From positions 1-54,215 of IMG/VR virus record IMGVR_UViG_3300010151_000016: DNA of 54,215 nucleotides; one strand, given 5' to 3'. The notes under the pieces are model-generated. The model ran no database searches and was not told where the DNA came from. It saw nothing but the letters and a program-made list of their open reading frames with translations. Made by a program: the position numbers and the translations under genes. This DNA is from a virus. Lineage: Duplodnaviria; Caudoviricetes. Positions 10,116-19,153 of this stretch are shown piece by piece; the first letter of the stretch is position 1; the number at the start of each line of letters is the position of its first letter.

Positions 10116-10953
10116 AGCTAAACCTATTATTAAGATCCCAGGCGGCAAACGTCAGCTATCGAAGCGTATCTTAGAACACTTCCCTGTTGCATATCCGATT
10201 GAGCATTACTACGAACCATTCGCAGGAGGGCTAGCCGTATTCTTCGCCGCATGGAATTCTGGGTTTTTAGATAAGGCCGCTGCCCACCTTTCCGACGTTG
10301 GTCCTGGCCTAATGAACCTTTATCAAGAGGTCTTAGACGACCCAGAAAAAGTTCTCGCAGGCGCAAACCGCTTTGTCGCTCGGTATATGCGCGACCCAGA
10401 AGTTGCCTATTATGCGCTCCGTGATGAGTGGAATGGTGGCGCACAGACAGGGCTCAACCGCTTACTCATTAGTAAGACTGGATTCAATGGGCTTTGGCGC
10501 ATGAACAAGAAAGGCGAGTTGAACGTCGCCTGGAACAAGGAAAGTAAGATTCATCTACCAGACCTCGAATGTCTCACTGAGCTACAGCACGCACTTCATG
10601 GTACGCTCGCTCAACTAAATAAGCGTGATTTCAAGGATATATCCTCGAACGTGGTGAAGCGCGGAACCGTTTTGTACTTAGATCCACCGTATCACGGAGG
10701 GTTTACGGGGTATAACCACAGCGGTTTTAGTGATGACGACCACGTAAAAGTGGTGGCTATGGCAGCAAAATGGTCGAAAGCAGGCGCACATGTCATCCTT
10801 TCTTGTAGTGCAACTGAGCAAATGCGGACCTGGATCGGTTCTCACTGGCCTAACGCGAGAATTACAGAGATTGAAGCCTCCCGACGCATCAATAGAGACG
10901 GTGCAGGGCGCAAAGGCGTGAAAGAATTACTATGTATAAGTAGTGGTCAATAA
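10108..10953 (+). CDS. dam: Dam-like D12-class N6-adenine DNA methyltransferase
   Basis: KPIIKIPGGKRQL, YYEPFAGGLAVF (motif I), FNGLWRMNKKG and LYLDPPY (motif IV). Confidence 0.92.
   Translation: MRKAKPIIKIPGGKRQLSKRILEHFPVAYPIEHYYEPFAGGLAVFFAAWNSGFLDKAAAHLSDVGPGLMNLYQEVLDDPEKVLAGANRFVARYMRDPEVAYYALRDEWNGGAQTGLNRLLISKTGFNGLWRMNKKGELNVAWNKESKIHLPDLECLTELQHALHGTLAQLNKRDFKDISSNVVKRGTVLYLDPPYHGGFTGYNHSGFSDDDHVKVVAMAAKWSKAGAHVILSCSATEQMRTWIGSHWPNARITEIEASRRINRDGAGRKGVKELLCISSGQ
10932..10939 (+). promoter_or_regulatory. ATGTATAR motif copy (candidate late promoter)
   Basis: ATGTATAA-GTA-GTG (start 10943). Confidence 0.6.
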
Positions 10954-11143
10954 AGTTTACGCCACTGTCGAAGAAGCCGAACGCGCCATAAAGCTCTCTG
11001 TTCTCATGGAAGAGGGGATTCTCGACAAGGACGACATCGTTTCTGACGAGGATATAGACACCTATTACAGAGGACTCACCAATTTCCGGCGATTGAGGGA
11101 TCTCGTGCGCAAGTATAGCAGTGAGACAAAATGCGACGAATAA
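10943..11143 (+). CDS. Small hypothetical protein
   Basis: Overlaps both neighbours and starts 3 nt after an ATGTATAA motif. Confidence 0.6.
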   Translation: MVNKVYATVEEAERAIKLSVLMEEGILDKDDIVSDEDIDTYYRGLTNFRRLRDLVRKYSSETKCDE

Positions 11144-11925
11144 AAAGTCATATAGTAGAACCGGGAGTCGAGGATAAACCGGCAGCGATGAAATCCCGGT
11201 TACGGTATGAACACACTACGACTATCGCCGATCCTCTTTCGAAGGGCGTAGGTAATGACGGTGTGGGTGGCCCTGATGCAGAAGCGCGTCGTGTCGAAGG
11301 TGACATGGGAGAAAGCATAACGAGCTTGACCGATGAGCCACGGGGCAGTCGCGCTACAGATGGACCTGTACTGGGACCGAGATCTGAAAGTCAGGACGAA
11401 GAAACGGTGCGTATGGGGCAGAAAGTTTCTCCCATGATTGCCATTGACCTCGACGGCACCATATTGGATGAGATCGATGTTGATACGAGCGAAGGTGAAT
11501 TTGGCGCACCGATACCAGGCGCAATCGAAGCACTTGGCGCACTCAAGGACTTAGGCTGGAAAATCATTATATGGACGGCTCGGCTCTCTTTCGCTCCTGA
11601 CGAAGACACACGAGACGAGTGGATCGAGGAAATCGCAGAGTACCTAGGTAGTCAGAACATACCCTTTGATGATATTGCAATTGAGAAGCCTCCCGCCGAC
11701 GTGTTCATAGATAACAAGCAAGTTGTGCAATTCGATGGAGACTGGGATGAGGTTGTTAGAATCGTGACACAGCAATATGTAGAGCGTCCAGATGCGGGAT
11801 TGACCGAAGAAGGCGAGATTGTCGCTGCTTTCGGTGGGTTTGGTCTAGGTGACGATCAGTATCAACGCGGGTCCGACAACTTAGGTGTCACACGACATCG
11901 GGACAGAGCGTACTATGAAGATTAA
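11131..11925 (+). CDS. HAD-superfamily phosphatase-like protein with an acidic disordered N-terminus
   Basis: IAIDLDGTI (DxD motif I), IIIWTAR (motif II) and EKPPADVFIDNK (motifs III/IV). Confidence 0.8.
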   Translation: MRRIKSHIVEPGVEDKPAAMKSRLRYEHTTTIADPLSKGVGNDGVGGPDAEARRVEGDMGESITSLTDEPRGSRATDGPVLGPRSESQDEETVRMGQKVSPMIAIDLDGTILDEIDVDTSEGEFGAPIPGAIEALGALKDLGWKIIIWTARLSFAPDEDTRDEWIEEIAEYLGSQNIPFDDIAIEKPPADVFIDNKQVVQFDGDWDEVVRIVTQQYVERPDAGLTEEGEIVAAFGGFGLGDDQYQRGSDNLGVTRHRDRAYYED

Positions 11926-14083
11926 AACATTTAGCCAATACGGTGATGTGCGGAAACAAGCAGCGAGCGATCCTGTAGATCTCCCACACGGACTGACTTC
12001 TGCACAACACGAGGACATCGCACAGAAGTTCGCGTCGATGGAGCCCAAGCTCGTATCGGCGGGAAGCGCAACACGCATGGACGTCTTATCAGATAAGGGT
12101 CTTTTGCCTGACGGCGCATCATGGACACGTAGCGCATCAGAGTTGGGCGGTACGAGTAGCAGCATCGGCACTGGTGGTAACGTCATGACGAACCAGATGC
12201 CGTACCAGCCTGAGTTCAGTTCCCCAGACCGCCAGCAATATCCGGTTCATCGCCTCCTTGCGAACCGATATTGGCGACTGTTTCACAAAATGGACCCGGT
12301 TATCGGTACTGCGGTTGATATGATTTCAGACATGCCGTGGTCTAACTTCGAGCTTTCTGGTATTGGCGTCGACGGCGAAATCAAAAACGGATTCGAGGAT
12401 ATGTGCAGCGAGGTAAAACTTCGTTCCTTGTTGCCGTACTTTATTCGCGAATACCTCGTTGTCGGTGAGGCATGTCCTCACATGTTTTATGATGAGAGCA
12501 CGGGCGGTTGGTCACACATTACTCTTTTGAATCCAGATCAATTAGAGATCATAGACACACCGTTTATCAAGATGGATGCCGTCGCTGAGTTCGTTCCTGA
12601 TGATCGGTTACGCAACGTTCTCACGTCTACGAATCCAATGCTAAAGCCTATTCGAGATTCGCTACCCGCAGAACTCGTCTCAAAATTAGTCGCGAGACAA
12701 AACATACCATTGTCTTCAGTGAACTTCACGCATCTCCCCAGGAAGTTGCATCCATATGATGTTCGAGGCACTTCTATCATTACGCGCATGTGGAGAGCGT
12801 TGTTCCTAGAAGACGCAATCTTCAGTGCAACGATTACAACTGCACGAAGACAAGCGTCTCCGCTCAAAGTAGCGAAGCTCGGTGATCCGGCGACAGGTTG
12901 GATTCCCGGTCCAGAACAGCAAAGCCGCTTCTTGCAACTTTTGGCTCAAGCTGAATTAGATCCCGCTGCTTGGATCTGTTACAACTACGGACTCTCCTTC
13001 GAACTCGTTGGCGTACAAGAACGCGTAATGATGATTGATCGACATTGGGAGACTATCGAACGTATCAAACTGGTCGCACTCGGTATTAATAAAGGATTCC
13101 TGCACGGAGAAGTAACGTATGCAAGTTCTGCTGCGGGACTTACAGTCTTCTTGCAACGACTCCGTGCGTTACGTGAGCACTTTGAAAACGCGTGGCTATA
13201 TCCAAAGTTCTTCAAGCAAGTTTCGGAGATGAACGGCTGGATCATGCCGAAGACCGCAGAGGTCTCGGGTCCGGGTCCGTATGTTAGAACGCGCAGGTCT
13301 GCACAGGAACTTCGTGAAGACAATCGTTACATCGTACCCAAAATCGAATGGGACAGAAGTCTCGATCCTTCGGTCGATGGGGAGATGATTAATGCCATGA
13401 ACAATCTGTCCAGCCTCGGAATCAAGTTCTCCAAGACAACGCTCATGGCAACAGTGAACCGTGACTATGAGGCCGAACTTCACCAGATGGCCGCTGACGC
13501 GAAGTTAGAGCAAGAAGTTATCGCAGACAACCCAGAGCTTATGATGGCGCTGAGTGGCGGTGAAGAAGCTGAGGGCGGTATGGGTGGCGGTATGGGTGGC
13601 GGGCCGGTCATGCCAGGAATATCGCCAAGCGACATGGGACTTGGTGACGAACCATCGCTAGAAGGTCCGCCAATGGAAGAAGGTCCGCCAATGGAAGAAG
13701 GATTAGGCGCGTCCGCAGAGGAAGGTGCCGAGCACACTAAGCAAAAGACGCGAAATAGTAAAGAAGACAGTCACGCAGATAACTTGGTTTTCGCGATAGA
13801 GACGGGGAACATAAGCGAACTCAAAGACGACCCCATATTCGGGGAATTTTTCACAGAGAAATCCGAGGAAGGAATTAAGTTTAGTGGAGACGGACAAGAG
13901 GACTGGGTACAAGTATATGATTGGTTAGTTCAGAGGGGCTGGCCCGATGAAGACTTGCGTCAGTTTGAGGCTATCCTCATAAAACGGGGTATTTTACCTA
14001 AACAAGCGTTTAGTGATGAGCTTCGTGGAATAGAGGCCCAACTATCCGTAAATTCTAAAGATTCTGGCTTTTACGTAGGCTAG
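11915..14083 (+). CDS. Portal protein
   Basis: Lies between terminase and protease. Portal-like segments DPVIGTAVDMISDMP, REYLVVGE, YDVRGTSII and ALGINKGFLHGEVTYAS, followed by an acidic Gly/Pro-rich tail. Confidence 0.85.
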   Translation: MKIKTFSQYGDVRKQAASDPVDLPHGLTSAQHEDIAQKFASMEPKLVSAGSATRMDVLSDKGLLPDGASWTRSASELGGTSSSIGTGGNVMTNQMPYQPEFSSPDRQQYPVHRLLANRYWRLFHKMDPVIGTAVDMISDMPWSNFELSGIGVDGEIKNGFEDMCSEVKLRSLLPYFIREYLVVGEACPHMFYDESTGGWSHITLLNPDQLEIIDTPFIKMDAVAEFVPDDRLRNVLTSTNPMLKPIRDSLPAELVSKLVARQNIPLSSVNFTHLPRKLHPYDVRGTSIITRMWRALFLEDAIFSATITTARRQASPLKVAKLGDPATGWIPGPEQQSRFLQLLAQAELDPAAWICYNYGLSFELVGVQERVMMIDRHWETIERIKLVALGINKGFLHGEVTYASSAAGLTVFLQRLRALREHFENAWLYPKFFKQVSEMNGWIMPKTAEVSGPGPYVRTRRSAQELREDNRYIVPKIEWDRSLDPSVDGEMINAMNNLSSLGIKFSKTTLMATVNRDYEAELHQMAADAKLEQEVIADNPELMMALSGGEEAEGGMGGGMGGGPVMPGISPSDMGLGDEPSLEGPPMEEGPPMEEGLGASAEEGAEHTKQKTRNSKEDSHADNLVFAIETGNISELKDDPIFGEFFTEKSEEGIKFSGDGQEDWVQVYDWLVQRGWPDEDLRQFEAILIKRGILPKQAFSDELRGIEAQLSVNSKDSGFYVG
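13574..13701 (+). repeat. In-frame tandem repeats in the portal C-terminal linker
   Basis: GGCGGTATGGGT x2 from 13574, and GAAGGTCCGCCAATGGAA x2 plus GAAGG at 13661-13701, encoding GGMGGGMG and EGPPMEEGPPMEEG. Confidence 0.85.
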
Positions 14084-14146
14084 AAATGAAGGTCCGTTGA
14101 GGTTTTTCCGCACCACTGAACACATGGTGGGCCATTTATAGACTCG

Positions 14147-14308
14147 ATGGCAATTGAAGAAGGCTTTCGTCGTACCGGAACTGCCGAAAATTCTACATTA
14201 GGTTTAGTGTCATTGGACACGGACGATTCGCCTTCGCCGTCCCAGTCCCAGATCGATTCGTCAAGCGATGACGAGACTAAAGAAGAAGAAGACGAGCAAG
14301 ATAAATGA
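14147..14308 (+). CDS. 53-aa acidic peptide absent from the ORF track
   Basis: MAIEEGFRRTGTAENSTLGLVSLDTDDSPSPSQSQIDSSSDDETKEEEDEQDK*. Its stop overlaps the protease ATG (ATGA), and it is preceded by ATTTATAG (14134-14141). Confidence 0.6.
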   Translation: MAIEEGFRRTGTAENSTLGLVSLDTDDSPSPSQSQIDSSSDDETKEEEDEQDK

Positions 14309-17070
14309 GCTTCTATAAAATCGGCAAAGTTGAATCGCTCGCGACGTATGACGTAGATAGCGAAGGTCATATTCGATCTGCGGCACAAGATTCCGATTCA
14401 CCTAACCGTTCTTATTATGCAGACGGTGCGCGAAAGATCGATGTGAACGCTATCCTCGAACGTGCTGCATCGAAATTCGATATTTCAGCCGACCCCAAAG
14501 ATTACTTGTTTGAAGCGATTCGAGCAAACACAACCAATATACCAAACGAGAACGAAGACGCATTTCATCGCGAGGAACTTCTCCGCTTCGACCGTCGTGA
14601 AGGTATGCCGGTCTACATGTCTTATACCGGAAAACCGCATCACGTAAATCACAAGACGGATAATCCGAAGACTGCACGAGGCGTTATCCTCGACGCACAC
14701 TACAATGATGACGCACCCTCTATCGCTTCTTGTCCTGGTTGCGCGTCAGACACACTAGACAAACGCGCTCGTGATGAGAGTGGTATTCATTGTCTGAAGT
14801 GTGGTGCAACAGTAAAAGACGAGTTCGTAGAGATCTTGGTCGCTGTTGACACGAGAAAAGATCCAGTATTCGCTAAAGGTGTGAGAACAGGTCAGCTAAA
14901 AGCTGGCTCAATGGGCTGTAATTGTGCGCGTACACAATGTAACGTTTGCGACCATATCGCCTACTCTCAACCGGAATTCTGCGAACACATTCGCGGAGGC
15001 AACAAAGGTACACTGTGGGCTAAATCAGCACGTGGACAATGGCAACGGGTAGAAAAGCGTTCTGCTGAACATACTCTCAAAAGGGCAGGCACGAAGTTGT
15101 CACCAGATTTTTGTTATGCGAAAGTCGGTGGCGTTGAGATTCGTAAAGCCTTTGAGCGATGTCAGGGCGTACAGTTCGACGAGTATTCTCGCGTTCATCA
15201 ACCTGCCGATCCAAAAGCAACGTCGATTGAAGTTCTACAAGCCACTGCTTCTGCATCAACGTCCTTAGAAACTGAGTCGGAACTTCTACTGCTGAAGACG
15301 CGGCTTGCTAAATTGGAGAGCAAAGTAGCTATGAAAAAAACAGCAGATGAAATTCCTCCCGGCCTGCCGCCGATGGAAGCAGACAAGACCGCAGACGAGT
15401 ATAGCTATGAAACCCCAGAAGGCGAGCACATCGTAGTCGCACCGAATCCCGATGGTGAAGGCGTTGTTATTGGACCAGAAGGAGTAAGTAGCGAACTACC
15501 TGAAGACGAATTGGCCCCCTCTATGGGCATTGATGAGTATCAAGAAGAACAACTTCCAGAGAACTCAACCGGAGAAGAGTTAGGTCTCGATCTTGGTGGC
15601 CCGTCTGAACCTGCACCTGAATCTATTGAAGATTCCCCACTTCCACCACCCCCAACAAGACGATCACCCCCGGTAGCTCCGGGTATGAGACAAGGAGCGC
15701 GTATGTTCAAGAGCAGTTACAATAAGTGGACTGTTGAAGTCACTGAGCGCGGAAATGCTCGCGTCATCGCCCCAGAAGGTGCAGTGATGTTGATCCGCGC
15801 TCGTCAAGCAAAGAAAACTGCAAGTAAGAAGGATTTTGGTAAAGAGATCTTATCGAGCTTGTTCGACGGTGGTCTCGTGAAGACTGCCAAAAAATACAAG
15901 GCGTTGATTTCGCCACGATTCGCAAGTATCACAGCCGATCCAATCGGCGATATGTCAATCAAACGTAGCGAACCTACGAATCCCGTTTCTGCTGGTGGCG
16001 ACTGCGATCAAAAAGATGGCTGTCCTCCCGCTTATTCCGGTCAATCTGCGACTGATGGTGGTGAAAGTGATGGACCTGAACGTGGAACCGGTGATTCTGT
16101 AACTGAAGCAGGTCATGCCGATCACGATAATAGAGGAGATGCAGCTACCAGTGCCCTCGAAGGTGGTATCACAGACGGACCTGAACACAAAAAGGTGAAC
16201 GTCGGAAAGGATACTCCGCTTGCAGATCCAGTGAATGATCGGGCTGCTTCGTATATCGGACGGCGCGTAGCCGCAAAAAGCTGGGCCAACGCTGACGCAG
16301 AAACGCTTCGAGAAGAAAGCTGGCTCGTAACCAAACGAGACGCTTCAGCGGATATGTACACACTTCGACGTGGTGAGGACACTTGTGAGATCGGAAACGA
16401 TGACCTCCAAGCTGCCTGGATCATGCTCGATAAGGTTGCGTTGCCTACCAGTAAAGTCGAAGATCGACTGAAGAAAATTCATGCTGCGCGAATCGCGAAG
16501 CTAGAAGATCAACAAAACGAGGCCGTGGAAGCTGGCATTTCTAAATTCATTCGAGCGTTGAAACTCGTTGCGGCTCGTCAAGCAATCAACGTAGAAGACG
16601 CACCGTTGAAAGAATCGTTAGGTGTCGCTCTCTCGAACGCTCGCGAAGTAGGTCGCGATGTCCGCACTGGACACTCGATCACCTACGAAGCCATGCCTGA
16701 AGATCTTGCTGTGCATCTCATTGAGTCTGCATGGAAAGATGGCGGTGATACCCACATCGACCAATTACTCTCTCGCGCTGCCGACCTTGCTGGACGCAGT
16801 GACGAATACTTGGCTGATGCCGAAGCTGACTTGTCAGCACGGCAGGGGTCACATCGCATCGCAACACTAACGTACAAAGAACAAGTCAGTTCTGAAGAGC
16901 GTCGAGCGGCAAGAATCCGCGAAGAAGCTCTTACAGGAAACTTGCAACTCAACACCTCGTCATCGGTAACGACTCCGGTTCCATCGAATGGGCACAATAA
17001 ATCTGCGTCTATTCGGGGAGCCTTGTCTAATACGAAGGCGGGCTTAATCAAACGTCAGTTCCAGTCCTGA
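14305..17070 (+). CDS. Prohead maturation protease (HK97/assemblin-like fold) fused to a scaffold-like C-terminal region
   Basis: NENEDAF...KPHHVNH...RGVILDA...GSMGC...DEYSRVHQPADPKA in the N-terminal third, then a long acidic and coiled-coil region. Lies between portal and capsid genes. Confidence 0.8.
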   Translation: MSFYKIGKVESLATYDVDSEGHIRSAAQDSDSPNRSYYADGARKIDVNAILERAASKFDISADPKDYLFEAIRANTTNIPNENEDAFHREELLRFDRREGMPVYMSYTGKPHHVNHKTDNPKTARGVILDAHYNDDAPSIASCPGCASDTLDKRARDESGIHCLKCGATVKDEFVEILVAVDTRKDPVFAKGVRTGQLKAGSMGCNCARTQCNVCDHIAYSQPEFCEHIRGGNKGTLWAKSARGQWQRVEKRSAEHTLKRAGTKLSPDFCYAKVGGVEIRKAFERCQGVQFDEYSRVHQPADPKATSIEVLQATASASTSLETESELLLLKTRLAKLESKVAMKKTADEIPPGLPPMEADKTADEYSYETPEGEHIVVAPNPDGEGVVIGPEGVSSELPEDELAPSMGIDEYQEEQLPENSTGEELGLDLGGPSEPAPESIEDSPLPPPPTRRSPPVAPGMRQGARMFKSSYNKWTVEVTERGNARVIAPEGAVMLIRARQAKKTASKKDFGKEILSSLFDGGLVKTAKKYKALISPRFASITADPIGDMSIKRSEPTNPVSAGGDCDQKDGCPPAYSGQSATDGGESDGPERGTGDSVTEAGHADHDNRGDAATSALEGGITDGPEHKKVNVGKDTPLADPVNDRAASYIGRRVAAKSWANADAETLREESWLVTKRDASADMYTLRRGEDTCEIGNDDLQAAWIMLDKVALPTSKVEDRLKKIHAARIAKLEDQQNEAVEAGISKFIRALKLVAARQAINVEDAPLKESLGVALSNAREVGRDVRTGHSITYEAMPEDLAVHLIESAWKDGGDTHIDQLLSRAADLAGRSDEYLADAEADLSARQGSHRIATLTYKEQVSSEERRAARIREEALTGNLQLNTSSSVTTPVPSNGHNKSASIRGALSNTKAGLIKRQFQS

Positions 17071-17101
17071 TCGGACCTGCTGACAGGGAAGGTGAACTAA
17101 T

Positions 17102-17854
17102 ATGGGTTCTCAAGGTTTAACCAGCGGTCGTCTCGCTGCCTTCCAGTCCGATGTTTTTGCTTCGGGACTGGATCTTGGCAGATGTGAGATTATCCGTAAT
17201 TTAGGTGTCTACAAAGCAGCAGATGCCGCAACTATTCGACAAGGTATGCTTGTCAAACTTGACGCAAGTGGTGAATTGGTCGCTTGCAATTCTGCGGGAG
17301 AAAAGGCTCTCGGTGTTGCTAAATGGAACAAAGTCACGCTCGGCCTTTTGAAGATCGCTGACGAGGCTTGGATTGCTCCAGCAAACGGCGCAACAACTGC
17401 CTTGTCACGAGCTAACGTCAGCAACGTAACGCTTCGCGCTGCTGTTGGTCACGCTGGTACACGTCTAGGAGAGTTTACTGTCGATGCGGCAACTGGCGTT
17501 ATTACAAACGATGACGCAGACGCCAGCACGTTTGTCGAAGGTACTACGTACTATGCGACGTATAACTCCGAGATGACCGAGACTGATTATCGTTTCCAGG
17601 GGAAGAATTTCTTCAATAACATGGATGACGCGACTATCGCTGAAGGGCGTATGTCAGTTATCCAAGGTCCAGGGACGATTTTCACTACGGAATACGCTTC
17701 TGGGAACTCTACTGCAATGACTATCGGCGCTCCTGTTTATACCACCACAGGTGGTCAATTCACGGCTGTTGCTGGGGGCGCTAACAGTATTGTTGGTCAC
17801 GTAATTCAGTTGCCCACTGCGGCTGATCCATTTTTGGGCGTAACGCTCGCTTAA
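17102..17854 (+). CDS. Head decoration / capsid cement protein
   Basis: Immediately precedes the major capsid gene. Pattern IRQGMLVKL...ALGVA...GAPVYTTTGGQFT...IVGHVI resembles beta-tulip decoration proteins. Confidence 0.7.
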   Translation: MGSQGLTSGRLAAFQSDVFASGLDLGRCEIIRNLGVYKAADAATIRQGMLVKLDASGELVACNSAGEKALGVAKWNKVTLGLLKIADEAWIAPANGATTALSRANVSNVTLRAAVGHAGTRLGEFTVDAATGVITNDDADASTFVEGTTYYATYNSEMTETDYRFQGKNFFNNMDDATIAEGRMSVIQGPGTIFTTEYASGNSTAMTIGAPVYTTTGGQFTAVAGGANSIVGHVIQLPTAADPFLGVTLA

Positions 17855-17872
17855 AGGAAGAGGTAATTAGAA

Positions 17873-19063
17873 ATGACAGATAAAGTTCTAAATCCTTACA
17901 AGCGTGCCGTTGAAGGTGTGCAGAAGGTCGCGTCTAAACAAGACGAAGCTAACATCGATCCTGCGGGCAATCCCAATCCGCAGTCCTTCCCAGGAAACGA
18001 TCCTAGTGCTATCCGCGCTGCGATCAGTGGAACTGGGCCGGTCTCTGAATCGAACCGTATGTTCGACAAAGAAGGTCAAATCAATGCTTGGGACCAAAAA
18101 GATGCGATGACGCAAATTGCTCATCTGCTTCAAAACGTTACCAAGAACACGGGTTCTACATTCTCGTCGCGTAATGCTTCCACGGTTGCTCCAGAAGAGC
18201 GCCGTAAAGTTTTGGCATCTGCGCTTCAAGATCCAACTGGCGAAGGCTTCGCTATCCTCGGTCAAGAGCTTTTGCTCCCGATCAAGGACATCGTTGACTA
18301 TGAGGGTTGGGCTCGCAAAGTATTGCGTGTTCGCCCCTTGGCTCAAGGTGAATTGTTCCGTATCGCGAAAGACGTCCGTGCAACTGCATGGGTTGTCGGT
18401 CAAGACGGTCAGAGCATCGAAAGCCGGTTGTACGGTAAATACGTTCAGCCGAGTGAGTTCAAGATCACTGCGTATCCCACGGTAGACATCGAAGATATCT
18501 ATCAGATGAACTATGATGTTCTGGATCGTGCGCAAGACACGGCTCGCCAGGAAATCGAACTCGAAGAAGACAAGCGATGCTTGGCTATCCTCGATGCGGC
18601 TTCTACTACGGTGAACGCGACTTCAGCGTTTGGTACTGATGGCGTAGATATCTCTGAAATGGAAGCGGTACGTTATCAGGTTGAACGTCACCGTCTCGTT
18701 TGTGAGAAATTCCTCATCAATCGTCAGGAACTTTCCGACTTGATTAGTCTTGGTAATGCTCTTGATCCTGTGACTCAGCGCGAATTGCTTCTCGCTGGTT
18801 ATGTTGGCACTTTGTTCAACGCACAGGTCATCACCGCTGCTGGTACTGGCGTAGAAGAAGTTGTTCCTGCCGGAACAATTTACGCATGCGCTGGTTCTGA
18901 GTATCTTGGTGAGATGGGCGTTCGTGTTGAATTATTCAGCGAACCTTTCAACAAGTTCTCACATCGTGAGAGCGTGAAAGGCTGGGCGTTTATTGAAATG
19001 GTCGGTTTTGGTATTACCAATCCTCGTGCCGTTGCTAGAATGAAAAAGGTTGGGACTCCGTAG
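17873..19063 (+). CDS. Major capsid protein (HK97 fold)
   Basis: Position after protease and decoration genes, 396 aa, purine-rich SD region. Segments PIKDIVDYEGWARKVL, YDVLDRAQDTARQEIELEED and GWAFIEMVGFGITNPRAVA fit large-phage capsid proteins. Confidence 0.88.
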   Translation: MTDKVLNPYKRAVEGVQKVASKQDEANIDPAGNPNPQSFPGNDPSAIRAAISGTGPVSESNRMFDKEGQINAWDQKDAMTQIAHLLQNVTKNTGSTFSSRNASTVAPEERRKVLASALQDPTGEGFAILGQELLLPIKDIVDYEGWARKVLRVRPLAQGELFRIAKDVRATAWVVGQDGQSIESRLYGKYVQPSEFKITAYPTVDIEDIYQMNYDVLDRAQDTARQEIELEEDKRCLAILDAASTTVNATSAFGTDGVDISEMEAVRYQVERHRLVCEKFLINRQELSDLISLGNALDPVTQRELLLAGYVGTLFNAQVITAAGTGVEEVVPAGTIYACAGSEYLGEMGVRVELFSEPFNKFSHRESVKGWAFIEMVGFGITNPRAVARMKKVGTP

Positions 19064-19077
19064 ACAAATTCTTGTCA

Positions 19078-19111
19078 GACACCGGGTGGTTCGGCGTGAC
19101 CATCCGGTGTC
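19078..19111 (+). other. Strong RNA stem-loop just after the capsid gene, with no U-tract (mRNA 3' stabiliser, attenuator or protein-binding site)
   Basis: GACACCGGGTGGT-N8-ACCATCCGGTGTC forms a 13-bp stem with one G-U pair and is followed by AATTACTAA. Confidence 0.7.
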
Positions 19112-19153
19112 AATTACTAACTCCACGTCGGCGAAACCGGGCGCTATCCTGCG

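Noticed and set aside
13574-13701. Portal tandem repeats as a phase-variation or regulatory element
   Set aside because: Unit lengths (12 and 18 nt) are multiples of three within a disordered linker, consistent with neutral slippage.
7326-14083. Inteins or introns in the terminase or portal
   Set aside because: No intein splice-junction or LAGLIDADG motifs were seen. The extra length is explained by Zn-ribbon and low-complexity segments.
14080-14388. Minus-strand 102-aa ORF between portal and protease
   Set aside because: It is the antisense shadow of the + strand 53-aa ORF and the protease start.
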